Positions 17,247-26,639 of a stretch of DNA of 64,000 nucleotides are shown here, piece after piece. Location of the stretch: assembly GCA_012521815.1 (NCBI GenBank), contig JAAYLR010000141.1, positions 414 through 64,413 on the forward strand, written 5' to 3'. The translations under genes and the position numbers were made by a program. The notes below the pieces were generated by a model that worked only from the letters and a program-made list of their open reading frames with translations, made no database searches and was not told the DNA's origin. Each line of letters opens with the position of its first letter. Position 1 is the stretch's first letter. The DNA comes from Acidobacteriota bacterium. Its GTDB lineage: Bacteria > Acidobacteriota > Thermoanaerobaculia > Multivoradales > JAGPDF01.

Positions 17247-18194
17247 TCACCTTCCGAGCAGCAGCAGCGCGAAGCCGCAGCTGAGCACCGCGGCGACGAG
17301 CAGCGCCGGCACCCGCAGCAGCCGCAGCCGCGCCATGGTCGACTCCACGACGCCGATCAGCACCGCGACGGCGAGCACGCCGAGGACGAAGAAGCCGAGG
17401 CCGAGCCACCCCCGGACGGTGGCCGCCGGCACGAGGATGTGCATCAGGAGCACGTCGAGCACCAGCAGCTTGACCGCCGCGCCGTACTCCACGAGGCCGA
17501 AGAGCGGGCCGCTGTGGTCGAGGACCATGACCTCGTGGATCATCGTCAGCTCGAGGTGGGTCGCCGGGTCGTCGACCGGGATCCGGGCGCACTCGGCGAG
17601 CAGGACGATCAGCACCCCGGCGGCGACGAGCGCGAGCGCCACGGTGCTGTCGCGCCAGAGCTCCCCTTCCGGCGCCCGCAGCATGTCCTCGAGCTGCAGC
17701 GAGCCGGAGAGGCGCGCGAGAGCGAAGAAGGCGAAGAAGAGCGCCGGCTCGGTGAGCCAGGCGAAGCCGACCTCCCGGGCCGCCCCCATCCCCTCGAACG
17801 GCGAGCCGGTGTCGAGCGCCGCCGCGGCGGTGAAGAAGCGGCCGAGCGCGAGCAGGTAGGCGAAGAGCACGAAGTCGCCGGCGAAGGAGATCGGCGCGTC
17901 GAACGGCCCGAGCGGCACCACCAGCCCCGCCATCACCGCGGTGACGACCGCGAGTACCGGCGCGAGGGCGAAGACGCCGGTCGTCGTCGCGCTCAGCGCG
18001 AGCTCCTTGCGCGCGAGCTTGGCGAGATCGCGGTACGGCTGGACGAGGCTCGGGCCGCGCCGCCCCGCGAAGCGCGACTTCGTCCGCTGGATCACCCCGA
18101 GCAGGAGCGGCGGCAGCAGGAGGAGGACCCCGAGGTGGACCAGGATCTGGCTCAGCGCCACGGCGGACCTCCGGCGGCGTGGCTCACGAGCCAC
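17247..18194 (-). CDS. NuoH-like membrane subunit (HycD/HyfC-like)
   Basis: Aligns by eye to E. coli HycD (…RVARARLHNRRGPGVLQEYRDIIKLLGRQ vs …QRTKSRFAGRRGPSLVQPYRDLAKLARKE; ...LDTGSPF...). The true start is probably a few codons inside (near VALSQIL); the first ~11 Arg-rich residues are doubtful. Confidence 0.8.
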   Translation of the reverse strand: MAREPRRRRSAVALSQILVHLGVLLLLPPLLLGVIQRTKSRFAGRRGPSLVQPYRDLAKLARKELALSATTTGVFALAPVLAVVTAVMAGLVVPLGPFDAPISFAGDFVLFAYLLALGRFFTAAAALDTGSPFEGMGAAREVGFAWLTEPALFFAFFALARLSGSLQLEDMLRAPEGELWRDSTVALALVAAGVLIVLLAECARIPVDDPATHLELTMIHEVMVLDHSGPLFGLVEYGAAVKLLVLDVLLMHILVPAATVRGWLGLGFFVLGVLAVAVLIGVVESTMARLRLLRVPALLVAAVLSCGFALLLLGR

Positions 18195-20223
18195 CGAGCC
18201 TTTCCACGGGCCACCACGGCTGCAGGCTCACGAGCAGCAGGATCACGAGCGCGATCACGACGTAGAGGAGGTACTGCTGGAGGCTCCCCTGGTGGTAGCG
18301 GCGCAGCCGCTCGCTCAGCCGCACGAGCCACCGCACCCCGGGGCGCAGGAGCCGCTCGAGCACGCTGTCGGCGATCTCGGAGTGGAAGCTGCTCGCCTCC
18401 GGGAACGGCCCCTCGATCCGCGGCCAGCGGAAGCGGGGGGCGAGCACCCAGCCGAAGCGCGAGGTGATCAGCTCGGCGAACGACGAGGCCGTGTACTGCA
18501 GCCGCGGCGAGGCGCCGGCGAAACCGCAGTCCCAGGTCGGCAGCTCCGGCTGGCGTTCCCGGGCCCGGCGGCAGAGCGGGGCGAGCCGCAGCGAGATCAG
18601 GGCGGTGAGGAGGATCAGGAGGGCGGCGACGACCGCGAGCCGGCCGAGCGGCAGGAACCGCCCCCAGCCGAGGAGCGCCCCCGTGTCCTCCGCCCAGGCG
18701 GCGATCCCGCGATCGACCGCCGGCGCGAAGAGGCCGGGGGCGATACCGATCGCCACGCAGGCCGCGGCGAGGAGCGCCATCGGCCGGAGCATCGGCGCCG
18801 GTGCCTCCTTCGCCGCCGCGGCGGCCTCCGAGCGCGGGGTGCCGAGGAAGACGATGCCGTAGACCTTCACGAAGCAGGCGACCGCGAGCGCTCCGGTGGC
18901 CGCCAGCGCCGCCGCCGGCAGCGCGGCCCAGGCCGGGCCGGGGCCGAGCGCCGCCCGGGCGAGCCCGAGGAAGATCGCCAGCTCGCTCACGAAGCCGTTG
19001 AGCGGCGGCAGCGCACAGATCGCCACCGCGCCGACGAGGAAGAGCCCGGCGGTGGCCGGCATCCGCTTCGCGAGCCCCCCCTGGAGGTCGATCTCCCGGC
19101 TGCCGGTGGCGTGGAGGACCGAGCCCGCGCCGAAGAAGAGGAGCGACTTGAAGAGCGCGTGGTTCCAGACGTGGAGCAGGCAGCCGGCCATTCCGAGCAC
19201 CACCCAGTCGGCGCGGCCGGTGGCGCGCCCGGCCATCGCGAGCCCGAGGCCGAGGAGGATGATCCCGATGTTCTCGATGCTGTGGTAGGCGAGCAGCTTC
19301 TTCAGATCGTGCTGCGCGAGGGCGAAGACGACACCGAAGAACGCCGAGAGCCCGCCGGCGGCGAGCAGGACGACGCCCCAGGAGAGCGGCGGCGCCGCCA
19401 CCAGCCCGAGGGTCCGCACGAGCCCGTAGATCCCCATCTTGAGGACGACCCCCGACATCAGCGCCGAGACGTGGCTCGGGGCGCTCGCGTGGGCGTCGGG
19501 GAGCCACGAGTGGAGGGGCATCACCCCCGCCTTGATCCCGAAGCCGACGAGCGCGAGCGCGAAGAGCGCGGTGAGCGCCTTCGGCGCGGCGGTGGCCGGG
19601 ATCGCACCGAACGCGAAGCCGCCGCCGAGCTGCGCCTGGAGGGCGAAGAGCGCGACGAGGCAGAGCAGCGCCGCGTGGCTGTACAGCAGATAGGTCCAGC
19701 CGGCGGCGCGCACCTCGGCCCGCGCCTCCTCGGTGACCACGAGGAAGTAGGTCGCGAGCGCCATCGTCTCCCACGCGATCAGGAACGAGAAGCCGTCGCG
19801 GGCGGCGAGCAGCAGCAGGAGGCTCGCGAGCGCGAGGCCGTAGCTGAACTGGAGCCGCCGGCCGTGACGCGGGTGGCGGCGGGGATCCCAGTAGGTGCGG
19901 CCGTAGACCGCCCCGAGGCCGCCGACGAACAGGACCGGCAGCGCGAAGAAGCCGCTGAGGGCGTCGCCCCCGAGCTGCCCTTCGCCGAGGAAGAGCCCCG
20001 GCAGCCGCAGCGCGGCGGGTGCGGAGGCGGCGAGCAGCGCCACCGCGCCGGCGATCCCCACCGCGCAGCCGGCGAGCGTGAGCCGCACCGTCCAGCGCGA
20101 GCCCGACAGCGAGCGCCGCGGCAGGAGCAGCGCCGGCACCCCGCTGAGCGTGAGCACGAAGGCGGCGCCGAGCAGGAGCAGGAGCCCCGCGCGGGCGGCG
20201 AGGGGGCCTTCGAAGCCGCTCAT
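18184..20223 (-). CDS. NuoL-like antiporter-type membrane subunit (HyfB/HycC-like)
   Basis: 679 aa from MSGFEGPLAARAGLLLLL; conserved blocks WLPDAHASAPSHVSALMSGVVLKMGIYG and HALFKSLLF. ATG at 20223 overlaps the stop of the 31-aa HTH ORF (ATGA). The track ORF starts 69 codons earlier in non-coding-looking sequence. Confidence 0.85.
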   Translation of the reverse strand: MSGFEGPLAARAGLLLLLGAAFVLTLSGVPALLLPRRSLSGSRWTVRLTLAGCAVGIAGAVALLAASAPAALRLPGLFLGEGQLGGDALSGFFALPVLFVGGLGAVYGRTYWDPRRHPRHGRRLQFSYGLALASLLLLLAARDGFSFLIAWETMALATYFLVVTEEARAEVRAAGWTYLLYSHAALLCLVALFALQAQLGGGFAFGAIPATAAPKALTALFALALVGFGIKAGVMPLHSWLPDAHASAPSHVSALMSGVVLKMGIYGLVRTLGLVAAPPLSWGVVLLAAGGLSAFFGVVFALAQHDLKKLLAYHSIENIGIILLGLGLAMAGRATGRADWVVLGMAGCLLHVWNHALFKSLLFFGAGSVLHATGSREIDLQGGLAKRMPATAGLFLVGAVAICALPPLNGFVSELAIFLGLARAALGPGPAWAALPAAALAATGALAVACFVKVYGIVFLGTPRSEAAAAAKEAPAPMLRPMALLAAACVAIGIAPGLFAPAVDRGIAAWAEDTGALLGWGRFLPLGRLAVVAALLILLTALISLRLAPLCRRARERQPELPTWDCGFAGASPRLQYTASSFAELITSRFGWVLAPRFRWPRIEGPFPEASSFHSEIADSVLERLLRPGVRWLVRLSERLRRYHQGSLQQYLLYVVIALVILLLVSLQPWWPVERLGGS

Positions 20224-20315
20224 GCCTCGCTCACCACGCGCTGCTCGATCCAGCGATAGATCGTCTTCTCGGAGACGTCCAGCAGGCGGGCGGCATCCCT
20301 GACGAGGAGCTTCAT
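20220..20315 (-). CDS. 31-aa mini helix-turn-helix ORF (excisionase/MerR-type HTH_17-like), translationally coupled to the complex operon
   Basis: MKLLVRDAARLLDVSEKTIYRWIEQRVVSEA: a canonical 'LL.vs..T.YRwi..' HTH with the usual C-terminal wing missing. Its stop overlaps the next ATG (ATGA). Absent from the track because it is under 60 aa. No strong SD. Confidence 0.35.
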   Translation of the reverse strand: MKLLVRDAARLLDVSEKTIYRWIEQRVVSEA

Positions 20316-20350
20316 GGAGCAGATGTCGCCCCAGGGGGACGACAATGGAC

Positions 20351-20379
20351 AATCTATCCCGCTCCCACTCCCACTTCAA
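20351..20379 (-). promoter_or_regulatory. candidate sigma70-type promoter for the mini-HTH / complex operon
   Basis: On the minus strand: TTGAAG (20379-20374), a 17-nt spacer, TAGATT (20356-20351), about 40 nt upstream of the HTH ATG. An AATCAtTGATT inverted repeat lies about 50 nt further upstream (20432-20442). Confidence 0.3.
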
Positions 20380-20517
20380 CGGATGACAGGCAATGGCGAA
20401 AGCGGACCTCGCCCCGTCCAATCCGATCAAATCATTGATTCAAAGGAGTTTTCTCGCTCGTCGGCGCGCCCGGCACGCGACGGGAGGACGCTCACCCTCA
20501 CCCCTCCGCAAATCGCC

Positions 20518-20575
20518 TGGCACCTTCCGCCGGCAAATCCGGCAAATCGGCTGGCACCTTTCGGGCACCTTTCGG
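20518..20575. repeat. structured tandem direct-repeat array in the 290-bp intergenic region upstream of the operon
   Basis: GGCACCTTCCG (20519-20529), CCGGCAAAT x2 (20530-20547), GGCACCTTTCG x2 perfect tandem (20553-20574). Likely regulator binding sites. Confidence 0.5.
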
Positions 20576-20607
20576 AAAGGGACGGGAGGGGCTGGCGGGA
20601 GCCGGAG

Positions 20608-21051
20608 CTACCGGAGCGGGGAGACGAAGACGGTGAGCCCCTCGACCCGTTCGACGCGCACCCGGGCGCCGGCCGGAAGGGGGCGGGAGGTGGTGAGGCG
20701 GGCGTTCCACGACTCGCCGGCGAGCTCGACCCGGCCGAGCCGGCCGGGGGCGAGCGCTTCGAGCGTCACCCCTTCGCTCCCCACCAGCGGGTCGACCTTC
20801 CTCCGGGCGACGGCCGCCGCGGCCGCCCGGCCCTTTCCGCGGTGCCTCGTGAGCACCAGCGCCAACCCCACCGCGAAGAGGAGGGCGAAGAGCGCCCCCG
20901 GCGCCCACCCCGGCAGGCCGGGCACCGCGAAACGGACGAGGCCGGTGAGCAGCGCCGCGCCGCCGCCGAGCAGCAGGAGCACCCGCCAGCGCCGGTGGAA
21001 AGCGCCGAGGAGCAGGAGGAGTCCGAGGATCAGCCAGTACCAGTGAGACAT
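20608..21051 (-). CDS. NfeD-like membrane protein (short form, C-terminal OB-fold)
   Basis: 147 aa. Two N-terminal TM helices, then a beta-rich C-terminus (GRLGRVELAGESWNARL...VRVERVEGLTVFVSP) typical of NfeD. No SPFH/stomatin partner in the window. Confidence 0.65.
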   Translation of the reverse strand: MSHWYWLILGLLLLLGAFHRRWRVLLLLGGGAALLTGLVRFAVPGLPGWAPGALFALLFAVGLALVLTRHRGKGRAAAAAVARRKVDPLVGSEGVTLEALAPGRLGRVELAGESWNARLTTSRPLPAGARVRVERVEGLTVFVSPLR

Positions 21052-21135
21052 GGAGCGCTCCGGAGGGAAAGTCGGTGTCGCGCGGATGCTACACCGCCTC
21101 CGGAGGGGCTTCCGCGACCGCCGCCGCGGCCGGGA

Positions 21136-22971
21136 TCAGCCGTGCTCGGCGAGCAGCCGCAGCACCCGCTCGCCGTACCGCTCGAGCTTCTTCGCCCCGA
21201 TCCCCGGCACCTCGGCGAGCTGCGCGAGAGTGGCCGGCACGCGGAGCGCGATCTCGCGCAGCGTCCGGTCGTGGAAGACGAGGTACGGCGGCACCCCGGC
21301 CGCCGCCGCGAGCTCCTTGCGCAGGGCGCGGAGCGCCTCGTACCGCGCCGCGTCCGGGAGGAGCTCGGCGGCCGGGGGCGCCGTCGCCACCTTCCGCCGC
21401 CGGCCCTCGGGACGCCGGAGCACCCGCAGCGCGAGCCGCTCCTGCCCCCGGAGCACCGGCCAGGCGCGCGGGGCGAGGCGCAGCACGCCGAAGCCGTCGG
21501 TCTCGATCTCGAGGTAGCCACGCGCCACGAGCTGGCGGAAGACGGTCCGCCACTCCTTCGCGTCGAGCTCGCCGCCGACCCCGAAGGTCGGCAGCCGGTC
21601 GTGCCCGTGACGCTGGATCTTCTCGGTCGCCTCGCCGCGCAGCAGGTCGACGAGATGCATCGCCCCGAACCGCTCGCCGGTCCGGTAGACCGCCGAGAGC
21701 GCCTTCTGCGCCGGCACCGTGGCGTCCCAGGTGGCGGTCGGCTGGAGGCAGTTGTCGCAGTTGCCGCAGGGCTCCGGGAGCTCCTCGCCGAAGTAGCGCA
21801 GCAGCACCCGCCGCCGGCACTCGGTGGTCTCGCCGTAGCCGACGACCGCGTCGAGCTTCCGGCGCTCGATCTGCTTCCGCTCCGCCTCGGCGCCACCGGC
21901 GTCGATGAGCCGCCGCAGGTTCACGACGTCCTGCAGCCCCCAAACCATCCAGGCGTCGGCGGGCTCGCCGTCGCGCCCGGCGCGGCCGGTCTCCTGGTGG
22001 TACGCCTCGAGGCTCCGCGGCAGGTCGAGGTGGGCGACGAAGCGGACGTCCGGCCGGTCGATCCCCATCCCGAAGGCGATCGTCGCCACGACCACCACGC
22101 CGTCGTCGGAGCGGAACCGGTCGAGCACCGCCCGGCGCGCCTCCGGCTCCATCCCGGCATGGTAGGCGAGCGCCGGCACCCCGTGGGCGGTGAGCCAGTC
22201 GGCGGTCTGCTCGACCTTCGCGCGGGAGAAGCGGTAGACGATCCCGCAATGACCGGCGTGCTCCGACGCGAGGAAGGCGAGGAGCTGCCGGCCGGGGTCG
22301 CCCAGCTTGTCGACCACGCGGTAGCGGAGGTTCGGCCGGTCGAAGCTCGCGAGGAAGAGCCGGGCCCCGTCGAGCCCGAGCCGGGCGACGATCTCGCGCC
22401 GGGTCGGCGGGTCGGCGGTGGCGGTCAACGCGAGCCGCGGCACCCCGGGGAAGCGTTCGGCGAGCACGGAGAGGCCGAGGTACTCGGGGCGGAAATCGTG
22501 CCCCCACTGGGAGACGCAGTGCGCCTCGTCGATCGCGATCAGCGCGAGCGGCACGCCGTCGAGCAGCGCGAGGAACCGCTCGGTCAGCAGCCGCTCCGGC
22601 GCCACGTAGAGCAGGTCGAGCTCGCCGCGCCGGAGCCGGCGCTCGACCCCGACGAGCTCGCCGGGGGGGAGGTTCGAGTGGCAGGCGGCGGCGGCGACCC
22701 CGAGCTCGGCGAGCGCCGCCACCTGATCCTGCATGAGCGCGATGAGCGGCGAGACGACGACCCCGGTGCCCGACCGTACGAGCGCGGGCAGCTGGTAGCA
22801 GAGCGACTTGCCGCCGCCGGTCGGCCAGACCACGAAGGCGTCGCGCCCCGCGAGGAGCGCGGCCACGACCTCCTCCTGCCCGGCGCGGAAGCCGGGGAAG
22901 CCGAAGACCTCGGCGAGGGTCGCGCGGGCGCGTTCGAGGGTGGGCGGATCGCATTCCACGGGGGTGAGCAT
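21136..22971 (-). CDS. recQ: ATP-dependent DNA helicase RecQ
   Basis: FGFPGFRAGQEEVV...WPTGGGKSLCYQLPAL...DEAHCVSQWGHDFRPEY; zinc-binding CGNCDNC; RQC and HRDC-like C-terminus. Start taken at MLTPVE (22971). Confidence 0.9.
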   Translation of the reverse strand: MLTPVECDPPTLERARATLAEVFGFPGFRAGQEEVVAALLAGRDAFVVWPTGGGKSLCYQLPALVRSGTGVVVSPLIALMQDQVAALAELGVAAAACHSNLPPGELVGVERRLRRGELDLLYVAPERLLTERFLALLDGVPLALIAIDEAHCVSQWGHDFRPEYLGLSVLAERFPGVPRLALTATADPPTRREIVARLGLDGARLFLASFDRPNLRYRVVDKLGDPGRQLLAFLASEHAGHCGIVYRFSRAKVEQTADWLTAHGVPALAYHAGMEPEARRAVLDRFRSDDGVVVVATIAFGMGIDRPDVRFVAHLDLPRSLEAYHQETGRAGRDGEPADAWMVWGLQDVVNLRRLIDAGGAEAERKQIERRKLDAVVGYGETTECRRRVLLRYFGEELPEPCGNCDNCLQPTATWDATVPAQKALSAVYRTGERFGAMHLVDLLRGEATEKIQRHGHDRLPTFGVGGELDAKEWRTVFRQLVARGYLEIETDGFGVLRLAPRAWPVLRGQERLALRVLRRPEGRRRKVATAPPAAELLPDAARYEALRALRKELAAAAGVPPYLVFHDRTLREIALRVPATLAQLAEVPGIGAKKLERYGERVLRLLAEHG

Positions 22972-23069
22972 CTCGCAGATCGTCCTTTCCGCACAGCAGA
23001 CGCGACGGCGGCGCGCCATCGCTCGCTGCCGTCGGAGGCGCGGGATAAGATGCCCCTGCTGGTGCGCCC

Positions 23070-23891
23070 GTGATCGTCGCCTTCGTCAGCAAGAAGGGGG
23101 GCGTCGGCAAGACGACGAGCGCGGTCAACGTGGCGGCCGTGCTCGCCCGTCTCGGCCATCGCACCCTGCTCGTGGACCTCGACAGCCAGGCCTCGGCCTC
23201 GCTCTCGCTCGGGGTCGCCCGCGCCGACCTCGCCCCCTCCGCCTACGACCTCCTCTTCGCCAAACGGCCGGCCGCCGAGATCGTGCGCCGCACCGCGATC
23301 CCGAACCTCGATCTCGTGACCGCCTCGGTCGATCTCGTCGCCGCCGATCTCGATCTCGCGCCGCTGCGCGACCGGGAGCTCGTCCTCGGCCGCCAGCTCG
23401 CGCCGCTCCGCGCGGCGTACGAGTGGATCCTCCTCGACTGCCCGCCGGCGCTCTCGGTCGTCCCGCTCAGCGCGCTCGCCGCCGCCGACGGCTGCGTCGT
23501 GCCCGTGGTCCCGCAGCCGCTCGCCTGGGAAGGGGTCGATCTCCTCCTCGCCGCGGTGAGCCGCCTGCGCGAACGGTTCGGCACCGGCCCCCGCCTCCTC
23601 GGCCTCCTCCTGACGATGGCCGACAGCCGCACCCGCCTCGCCCGCGAGACGACCCGTCTCCTCCGCGAGCGCTTCGGCGACCGCCTCTTCACCGCCGCGG
23701 TGCCGGTCTGCACCCGCCTGGCCGAAGCCCCCGCCTGGGGCCGCCCCCTCGTCGAAGCCGAACCCGAATCCCGCGCCGCCCTCGCCTACGCCGCCGCCGC
23801 CCGCGAGCTCATCGACCGGAGCGCGAGCGGCGAGACCGGCCCGGCCTCGAAGATCGGCGTGCTCGGAACCGACCCGGCCCGGCACGGATAG
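23070..23891 (+). CDS. ParA/Soj-family ATPase (orphan, no parB adjacent)
   Basis: GTG start; deviant Walker A VSKKGGVGKTTSAVNVAA; 273 aa. Confidence 0.85.
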   Translation: MIVAFVSKKGGVGKTTSAVNVAAVLARLGHRTLLVDLDSQASASLSLGVARADLAPSAYDLLFAKRPAAEIVRRTAIPNLDLVTASVDLVAADLDLAPLRDRELVLGRQLAPLRAAYEWILLDCPPALSVVPLSALAAADGCVVPVVPQPLAWEGVDLLLAAVSRLRERFGTGPRLLGLLLTMADSRTRLARETTRLLRERFGDRLFTAAVPVCTRLAEAPAWGRPLVEAEPESRAALAYAAAARELIDRSASGETGPASKIGVLGTDPARHG

Positions 23892-23903
23892 GATCTCCCC
23901 GCC

Positions 23904-25304
<1,401 letters not shown>

Positions 25305-25400
25305 GCGCCGCCCGGCCCCCGCCGCGGTCGGCCGGGGGTGGCGTTCCCCCCATCCCCCGCTACCGGGCCGAAGGCGATAGCATCGGCGGCGGAGGCCCCG

Positions 25401-26627
25401 ATGAACGTGCCCTCGCGTGCCACCACCCACCCCGTCCTGGTCGGCGGGGTGCGGATCGGCGGCGGCGCCCCGGTCGTCGTCCAGTCGATGACCGCGACCG
25501 ACACCGCCGACGTGGCGGCCACCGTGCGCCAGTGCCACGAGCTCGCCCGCGCCGGCTCGGAGCTGGTACGGGTGACCGTGAACGTGCCCGCCGCCGCGGC
25601 GGCGGTGCCCGAGATCCGGCGCCGGCTCGACGACCTCGGCTGCGACGTGCCGCTCATCGGCGACTTCCACTACAACGGCCACCTCCTCCTCACCGAGCAC
25701 CCCGACTGCGCCGCGGCGCTCGCCAAGTACCGGATCAACCCCGGTAACGTCGGCTTCGGCGACCGGCGCGACGAGCAGTTCGCGACCATCTGCCGGATCG
25801 CGGTCGAGCGGGGCAAGCCGGTGCGGATCGGCGTCAACGCCGGCTCGCTCGATCAGGAGCTGGTGATGGCGAAGATGCAGGAGAACACCGACCGCGGGCT
25901 CGGGCGGAGCGCCGAGGAGATCTACGCCGACTGCATGGTGATCTCCGCGCTCCAGTCGACCGAGGCGGCGCTCGCCTGCGGCCTGACCGAAGAGCAGATC
26001 GTCATCTCCTGCAAGGTCTCCCGCCCGCCGGAGCTCGTCACCGTCTACCGGGAGCTCGCGCGCCGCACCCGCCAGCCGCTCCACCTCGGGCTGACCGAGG
26101 CGGGGATGGGGATCAAGGGCGTCGCCTGGTCGGCGGCGGCGCTCGGGGTGCTGCTCGCCGAGGGGATCGGCGACACGATCCGCGTCTCGCTCACCCCGCG
26201 CCCCGGCGGCGACCGGCGCGACGAGGTCGAGGCCGCCTGCGAGATCCTGCAGGCGCTCGGCCTGCGCGCCTTTGCCCCGTCGGTGACCGCCTGCCCCGGC
26301 TGCGGGCGGACCACCTCGACCACCTTCCAGGAGCTCGCGCTGCGCGTCCAGGAGTACGTCCGCGAGCGGCTCCCCGCCTGGAAGCGGGAGCGGGCGGGGG
26401 TCGAGGAGCTCAAGCTGGCGGTCATGGGCTGCGTCGTCAACGGCCCCGGGGAGTCGAAGATGGCGAACATCGGCATCTCGCTGCCCGGCACCGGCGAGGC
26501 TCCGACCTGCCCCGTCTTCGTCGATGGCCGCAAGCACGCCACGCTGAGCGGCAGCCCCGAGGAGCTCGCCACGCAGCTGATCGCGATCATCGAGGAGTAC
26601 GTCTCCACCCACTACCCGAGGCACTGA
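25401..26627 (+). CDS. ispG: 4-hydroxy-3-methylbut-2-en-1-yl diphosphate synthase (flavodoxin), IspG/GcpE, long form with insertion domain
   Basis: [15 protein letters not shown]..., C-terminal CPGCGRTTS...[10 protein letters not shown]. Start at MNVPSR (25401); the track ORF begins 21 codons earlier. Confidence 0.9.
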   Translation: MNVPSRATTHPVLVGGVRIGGGAPVVVQSMTATDTADVAATVRQCHELARAGSELVRVTVNVPAAAAAVPEIRRRLDDLGCDVPLIGDFHYNGHLLLTEHPDCAAALAKYRINPGNVGFGDRRDEQFATICRIAVERGKPVRIGVNAGSLDQELVMAKMQENTDRGLGRSAEEIYADCMVISALQSTEAALACGLTEEQIVISCKVSRPPELVTVYRELARRTRQPLHLGLTEAGMGIKGVAWSAAALGVLLAEGIGDTIRVSLTPRPGGDRRDEVEAACEILQALGLRAFAPSVTACPGCGRTTSTTFQELALRVQEYVRERLPAWKRERAGVEELKLAVMGCVVNGPGESKMANIGISLPGTGEAPTCPVFVDGRKHATLSGSPEELATQLIAIIEEYVSTHYPRH

Positions 26628-26639
26628 GAGGAAGCGAAC

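Noticed and set aside
20552-20567. TGGCAC-N6-GGGCA resembling a sigma54 -24/-12 promoter (GG and GC spaced correctly)
   Set aside because: Oriented on the + strand, pointing into the antisense of the NfeD-like gene and away from the operon; lacks the TT of the -12 element. More likely part of the tandem 11-mer regulator-binding repeat. Kept only as a note because pilR (a sigma54 activator) is in the window.
20314-23073. 919-aa plus-strand ORF and 20393..21046 (217 aa)
   Set aside because: Shadows of NfeD-like and recQ; the 5' end is antisense to the mini-HTH ORF. Translation is Pro/Arg/Glu low complexity.
25305-25400. Possible terminator hairpin after sdaA (CCCCCG...CGGGGG)
   Set aside because: Stem only about 6 bp with no U-tract; not convincing.
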